Source: an uncultured virus (IMG/VR IMGVR_UViG_3300020055_000013) (taxonomy: Duplodnaviria; Heunggongvirae; Uroviricota; Caudoviricetes). From it: a stretch of DNA of 20,000 bases. The notes beneath the pieces were generated by a model that was given only the letters and a program-made list of their open reading frames with translations, ran no database searches and had not been told where the DNA came from. Below are positions 16,067 to 20,000 of this stretch, one piece after another (position 1 is the stretch's first letter; each line of letters opens with the position of its first letter). The DNA lies in IMG/VR virus record IMGVR_UViG_3300020055_000013; one strand, 5' to 3'. A program made the translations under genes and the position numbers.

Positions 16067-18097
16067 TTACATTGTATAAGACACGAAATTTGCTATAACA
16101 TTTTTTCGATATATATCAATCGGCATCTCATGAATATTGATATTCTTAGATTTTAAAATGTCGATAAAATCTTTTGGCGACTTCTTATTGCTCCTTAAAG
16201 AATTAATAATATCTTCAGATGCTACAGACTTCATCGGCGTTAGATTTGTAAATATGTCTAATTTAATTTGTTCAATTTTAATTACTTCTGATTTCGTCAA
16301 TTTTCTTAGGTTTTTTACGCCCTTATTGCTAATATATGCCTTATTCACATTTTCAGAAACCGTTTCGAAAGCTTCGTCTGCCCAAACAAGCATTTCAGCA
16401 ACTCCCGGATTGGTTTTAGGAGTTTCTGTCCTTTGCTTTCTTGGGCGGGTATCTTTAGTATTTGGAGGGCGACCATTATTTTTAATATCAAGATTACTAT
16501 TAGGTTTTGGTGTATTTTTTTGTTTTTCTTTTTCCTGTTTTAAATTGATCTGACCTTGTTTATCCATTTTCTCCAAATCTTGCTGATGGTTAGGATTGTG
16601 ATAAGGGCTGGCTTTTGGAGGTCCAGACGTTTCTCGTTTAGACATTTCTCTCTTAAGTCTGATATTTTCTATTTGAGGGATTTCTTTAAATCTTTCGAGT
16701 AGTGTTTCTTGACTTATTATGTCGCGATCAGCAAGTTGAATTAATAGATTCTTTTCGGCAGCTTCATCAGAAAGTGTCATTTGGTCGAACTGTATATGCG
16801 CCCTATACCTGAAGCCCATAGCTTTTCTTACTATTTCAAGTTCTTTTTCCCAGAACTTGACCAACTGATCTCGACCGTACTGTAATCGCTCTAAAAGTGT
16901 TTTTAAGGAAATGAAATTGTTGGTAAACCCGCCACCATTGTTAGCCATACCCGTCAAAGTCGGTGGTACACCAAGCCCAGCATAAATGCTATTGAGTACA
17001 GAGGTATACTTCTCAGATCCTAAAAACTTGTATACTTCGCTATTAGATTCACTGAATGACAGCTCTGGACCCCAAACTAATTCCATTGTACCCCCGCCAA
17101 CATTGCTGGCAAGAATATCACGAAGCTTATTAATAGCGGCCTTGTTTGGTAGAATCTTGTGGTCTAAGTTACCAAGCGTCCATAAACGAATATTTGAAAT
17201 CGCGCCATCTAGAGCAGACATATCAGCTAAACGCATCTTTTCGAGCATTACAATGTCGTCAAGAATTGCGTAAATCATCGGGTTGGCCCACTGACGCCAA
17301 TCGTCTTTTTTGTAGTAGTGAATGCTGAGTCTCTCTGGATCAAGTGGTATATCCTTTTCCCCCCTTATAAGGCTTTGCTTAATCGCGGGTGGTAACGTTT
17401 CTAAAACGTGGTTTGGTATTTCTCCTGCTTTAAATTTATCGAAAAAGGAGTTTGTTGTAATTGTGTAGTTCTGTAGACCCATAAATAAAGAAAGATTTCC
17501 GTCTTTCATCTTAACCGTTAGCGGGCTAAAGAAATTATATCTCCAAGGTATTTGATTTGCTGGGGCTTCGGGTACTTCAACTTTAATATCATTAGCCAAA
17601 GCCTTCATATAATCCTTCAATTTAGGGGTAATGTTGGCATAGCTTCTGTATATAATCACATTGCCAGTCTTGTATAAATTGTTAAGAAAACGTTCCGACC
17701 TTTCTTTTCCGTTAACACTCCTGAACCACTGCTGATAAAACTTCTCAACACTTTTATCTCGATGAACAATCTGAATACCCTGACTACCAAAATCACCCAT
17801 CAAATCAATGATATTGCGAATAATACCTACTTTATCATAAGCGTCCATGCACATTTTAATTATTCGACGTTGCTGTTGAGGTACTGCTTCATCTGGACGA
17901 AATGCGTAATAGTCTCTAGAAGTGAACCCCGGCTTTACAGATCTATTTGGTTCAATGTCTAGAAAATGCCTATAATGATTTCCTTGTGATTTACTTAGCC
18001 CAGCGTATGAACTAACATTATCAGAAAATTTAGAAAAAGCACTTGCTTTTCCAGCGTCGTCACCGTCTTGCCAAGTTATCATTTCGTCGTTATTCAT
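16067..18097 (-). CDS. Putative portal protein (676 aa) with a basic low-complexity segment and an extra C-terminal domain
   Basis: Lies between terL and the protease. Helical core of portal size, with portal-like segments IIRNIIDLMGDF, YAILDDIVMLEKMRLAD, SIYAGLGVPPTLTG and LLIQLADRDIISQETLLE, then a GRP-containing tail. GAGG lies upstream of the ATG. Called from synteny plus motif resemblance. Confidence 0.8.
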   Translation of the reverse strand: MNNDEMITWQDGDDAGKASAFSKFSDNVSSYAGLSKSQGNHYRHFLDIEPNRSVKPGFTSRDYYAFRPDEAVPQQQRRIIKMCMDAYDKVGIIRNIIDLMGDFGSQGIQIVHRDKSVEKFYQQWFRSVNGKERSERFLNNLYKTGNVIIYRSYANITPKLKDYMKALANDIKVEVPEAPANQIPWRYNFFSPLTVKMKDGNLSLFMGLQNYTITTNSFFDKFKAGEIPNHVLETLPPAIKQSLIRGEKDIPLDPERLSIHYYKKDDWRQWANPMIYAILDDIVMLEKMRLADMSALDGAISNIRLWTLGNLDHKILPNKAAINKLRDILASNVGGGTMELVWGPELSFSESNSEVYKFLGSEKYTSVLNSIYAGLGVPPTLTGMANNGGGFTNNFISLKTLLERLQYGRDQLVKFWEKELEIVRKAMGFRYRAHIQFDQMTLSDEAAEKNLLIQLADRDIISQETLLERFKEIPQIENIRLKREMSKRETSGPPKASPYHNPNHQQDLEKMDKQGQINLKQEKEKQKNTPKPNSNLDIKNNGRPPNTKDTRPRKQRTETPKTNPGVAEMLVWADEAFETVSENVNKAYISNKGVKNLRKLTKSEVIKIEQIKLDIFTNLTPMKSVASEDIINSLRSNKKSPKDFIDILKSKNINIHEMPIDIYRKNVIANFVSYTM

Positions 18098-18141
18098 ATT
18101 GATTAAGCCTCAATTGGAATGGTAATCTGAATGTTCATAGA

Positions 18142-20000
18142 TTAATACACATCTTTCATATAGTCAGCAAACCAGCTTGGTGCAGTGTAAAGATTTTCTT
18201 TAGGTTTTTCTTTAAAGCCGCCAGTAGCGAAGCCTCCGTAAAATTCATAATCAGCCTGATCTGGAGTTCTCTGTAAAACTCTTGCGGCCATGTTCGCCAT
18301 TAATAATGCAGAGTATCTATCTTTTCTCATTTTGCTTTTTTTACCAGTTCCAACAACAACTTCTGGCGTATCCCACCTATCTCTACCTGCGCTCGTCTGA
18401 GTCATTTGAATCATTGATAATTCGTCTTTGAGTTCTTCTATGTCTAGAACGCATTCCTCTATAGTGTCAAACATTCTACCTTTGGTATTATCTTCATGCT
18501 CTGACATAGAAAGAGTAAGTGAGTCGAAAGAAGGAAACAACAAAGCTTTATCTTCAAAGTCTTTTCTCATTCCGTGGTTAGATTCAGATAACCAATCATA
18601 CTTGGCGAACTGGCACATTTCAAGAATATGTAACCCTCTTTCGTCGTCTGTGTCCTTTGGTTTGTCGTCGTCTATTGTTGGCCAAATAGCAGCTTCTCCG
18701 TCTTGTATTTTATCGTTATCATGCAAAGATTCCATAACTGCTACGCCACCGCCTTGGGCATCCATAGCGATGTGTATGCATGGAAAAAGTTTCATAAGGT
18801 CACGTATTTTCCTAGCGCAGTAAGCGTAAAAGTCTGTTTCAGTAGAATATCCACGTTTAACCTTCTCTTTGTGTTCAGATCTAGTAGTAGTCCAGCAGTG
18901 TACAATCCTTCTATGACTCGGATGAATTTCTAGTACAACTATGCTAAAATTATCAACTTCAGATGCAGGGTCAACCCCGAATATATACTTTCTGTCTTTA
19001 TTGCCAAGAAGTGCCGCTTCAAAATTAATTGGATTGTTATTTGTGTCTTTTATTAATCCTTCTTCCGAAACGACACAGGACTCAATAAGCGATCTCTTGA
19101 AAAACCCCTGACTGTCTCTGGTAAAACAAGCGCCATATTCCATTTGGTATATACCAGTATGTACAGTGGCCTTAGATCGTGCAACTTGGTCTGCATCCAT
19201 AAAACCTTTTGGTAAAAGCTCATAAGGCATTCGTATTATTGAATACTGAGTCCAATCAAAACTCTCTGGTGGATCTTCTCCGAATATTTCCCTAAGTCTT
19301 CCTATATCTCCACGGCTTTTAATTATAGACTTCCACTTTTTCCAGTATGTAGCAAAGTGGTTAAAGTCATAATAAGCAGTACCTGATAAAATAATCTGGT
19401 TGTCTTTTTTAACCTCTTTTTCCTCTTGGGAAATTGATAAGCCAAGTTCATCCGCTTTCTTTTTGGCAGCTAATCGTTTAACATTCTCAACTGGATCTGC
19501 ACTAACAGCAGCAAAGCCAGCAACGACGTTTTCGAAAATTTCTCTGGGTATTGATGCAAATTCATCAGCGATGATATCGTTTGCTCTCTGTCCTCTAATC
19601 TTCTGTCCGTCACCAAGAGGTAAGCAAGTTACTGTACTGTCGTTTAATCTAAGAGTACACCTATCAGTATCTCTTCGTGGACCACTATCGCCATCACATA
19701 TATCTCTTAGCATTGGCGAATTACGCCATATCGTCTCCATGTACTCAAAAAGAACCTTAGACTGCCTGAATGCAGCACCAACTACAACTACCTTTCTGCG
19801 GGGCAATATGAGCGCTCTGAGTACTGCGTAGAGGGAAAGCATGAATGATTTACCAAAACCTCGACTGGCGATGAGCATTGGGAATTTTCTATTCCATATT
19901 TCTTTTAAGAATAAAGATTGGGATGGAAGAAGTTGTATATTTAATATTTCTCTAGTAATAAATGAAAGATATTCTGGTCGAGTCATAAGCCAAGCAAGCT
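18142..20000 (-). CDS. terL: Phage terminase large subunit (ATPase plus RNase H-like nuclease), 5' end probably outside the window
   Basis: Walker A-like ASRGFGKS, Walker B DIIADEFA preceded by IRGQRAN, coupling motif ILSGTA, and nuclease motifs IFGVDPASEVDNFSIVV, IAMDAQGGG and KDRYSALLMA. The frame stays open upstream of the ATG at 19986 (..LAWL-MTRPE), so the true start probably lies beyond 20000. It sits directly upstream of the portal and head genes. Confidence 0.93.
   Translation of the reverse strand, partial: LAWLMTRPEYLSFITREILNIQLLPSQSLFLKEIWNRKFPMLIASRGFGKSFMLSLYAVLRALILPRRKVVVVGAAFRQSKVLFEYMETIWRNSPMLRDICDGDSGPRRDTDRCTLRLNDSTVTCLPLGDGQKIRGQRANDIIADEFASIPREIFENVVAGFAAVSADPVENVKRLAAKKKADELGLSISQEEKEVKKDNQIILSGTAYYDFNHFATYWKKWKSIIKSRGDIGRLREIFGEDPPESFDWTQYSIIRMPYELLPKGFMDADQVARSKATVHTGIYQMEYGACFTRDSQGFFKRSLIESCVVSEEGLIKDTNNNPINFEAALLGNKDRKYIFGVDPASEVDNFSIVVLEIHPSHRRIVHCWTTTRSEHKEKVKRGYSTETDFYAYCARKIRDLMKLFPCIHIAMDAQGGGVAVMESLHDNDKIQDGEAAIWPTIDDDKPKDTDDERGLHILEMCQFAKYDWLSESNHGMRKDFEDKALLFPSFDSLTLSMSEHEDNTKGRMFDTIEECVLDIEELKDELSMIQMTQTSAGRDRWDTPEVVVGTGKKSKMRKDRYSALLMANMAARVLQRTPDQADYEFYGGFATGGFKEKPKENLYTAPSWFADYMKDVY

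Noticed and set aside
2343..19831. Numerous short plus-strand ORFs, including poly-Val and poly-Ser ones
   Set aside because: They are antisense shadows of the long minus-strand genes (poly-Val mirrors poly-Thr, poly-Ser mirrors poly-Glu). They have no recognisable motifs.
3..19986. Stop-codon reassignment as seen in some large phages
   Set aside because: The standard code gives nearly complete coding coverage and genes end in TAA or TGA. No TAG stop is used among these ten genes, but the sample is too small to mean anything and there are no in-frame TAGs.
18142..20000. Intein or intron in terL
   Set aside because: The ATPase and nuclease motifs are contiguous in one frame, with no intein splice motifs or LAGLIDADG blocks in the visible part.
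1..20000. Host or taxonomic assignment of the phage
   Set aside because: It cannot be supported from this window without database searches or CRISPR-spacer matches.

Overview
This 20 kb window is the virion-morphogenesis region of a tailed dsDNA bacteriophage, probably a large uncultured one. All real genes lie on the minus strand and read from the right end to the left. The head module comes first: terminase large subunit (5'-truncated by the window edge), portal, prohead protease fused to a coiled-coil scaffold, capsid decoration protein and HK97-type major capsid protein, followed by an intrinsic terminator. A tightly coupled operon follows, encoding a small Gp80-like virion protein and four very large modular fibre or adhesin proteins (1092, 801, 947 and 1223 aa). 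The most notable observations are: (1) a strong internal ribosome-binding site that would give a separately translated scaffold nested in the protease gene; (2) three consecutive proteins built from domains joined by about 12 mucin-like poly-Thr/Pro linkers; (3) an N-terminal cupredoxin domain with a complete His/Cys/His/Met copper ligand set; (4) an apparently circularly permuted ThuA/GATase-like domain; (5) a recurring GTGTAT motif at gene junctions that may be a late promoter. All assignments come from motif recognition and gene order. No database search was run.
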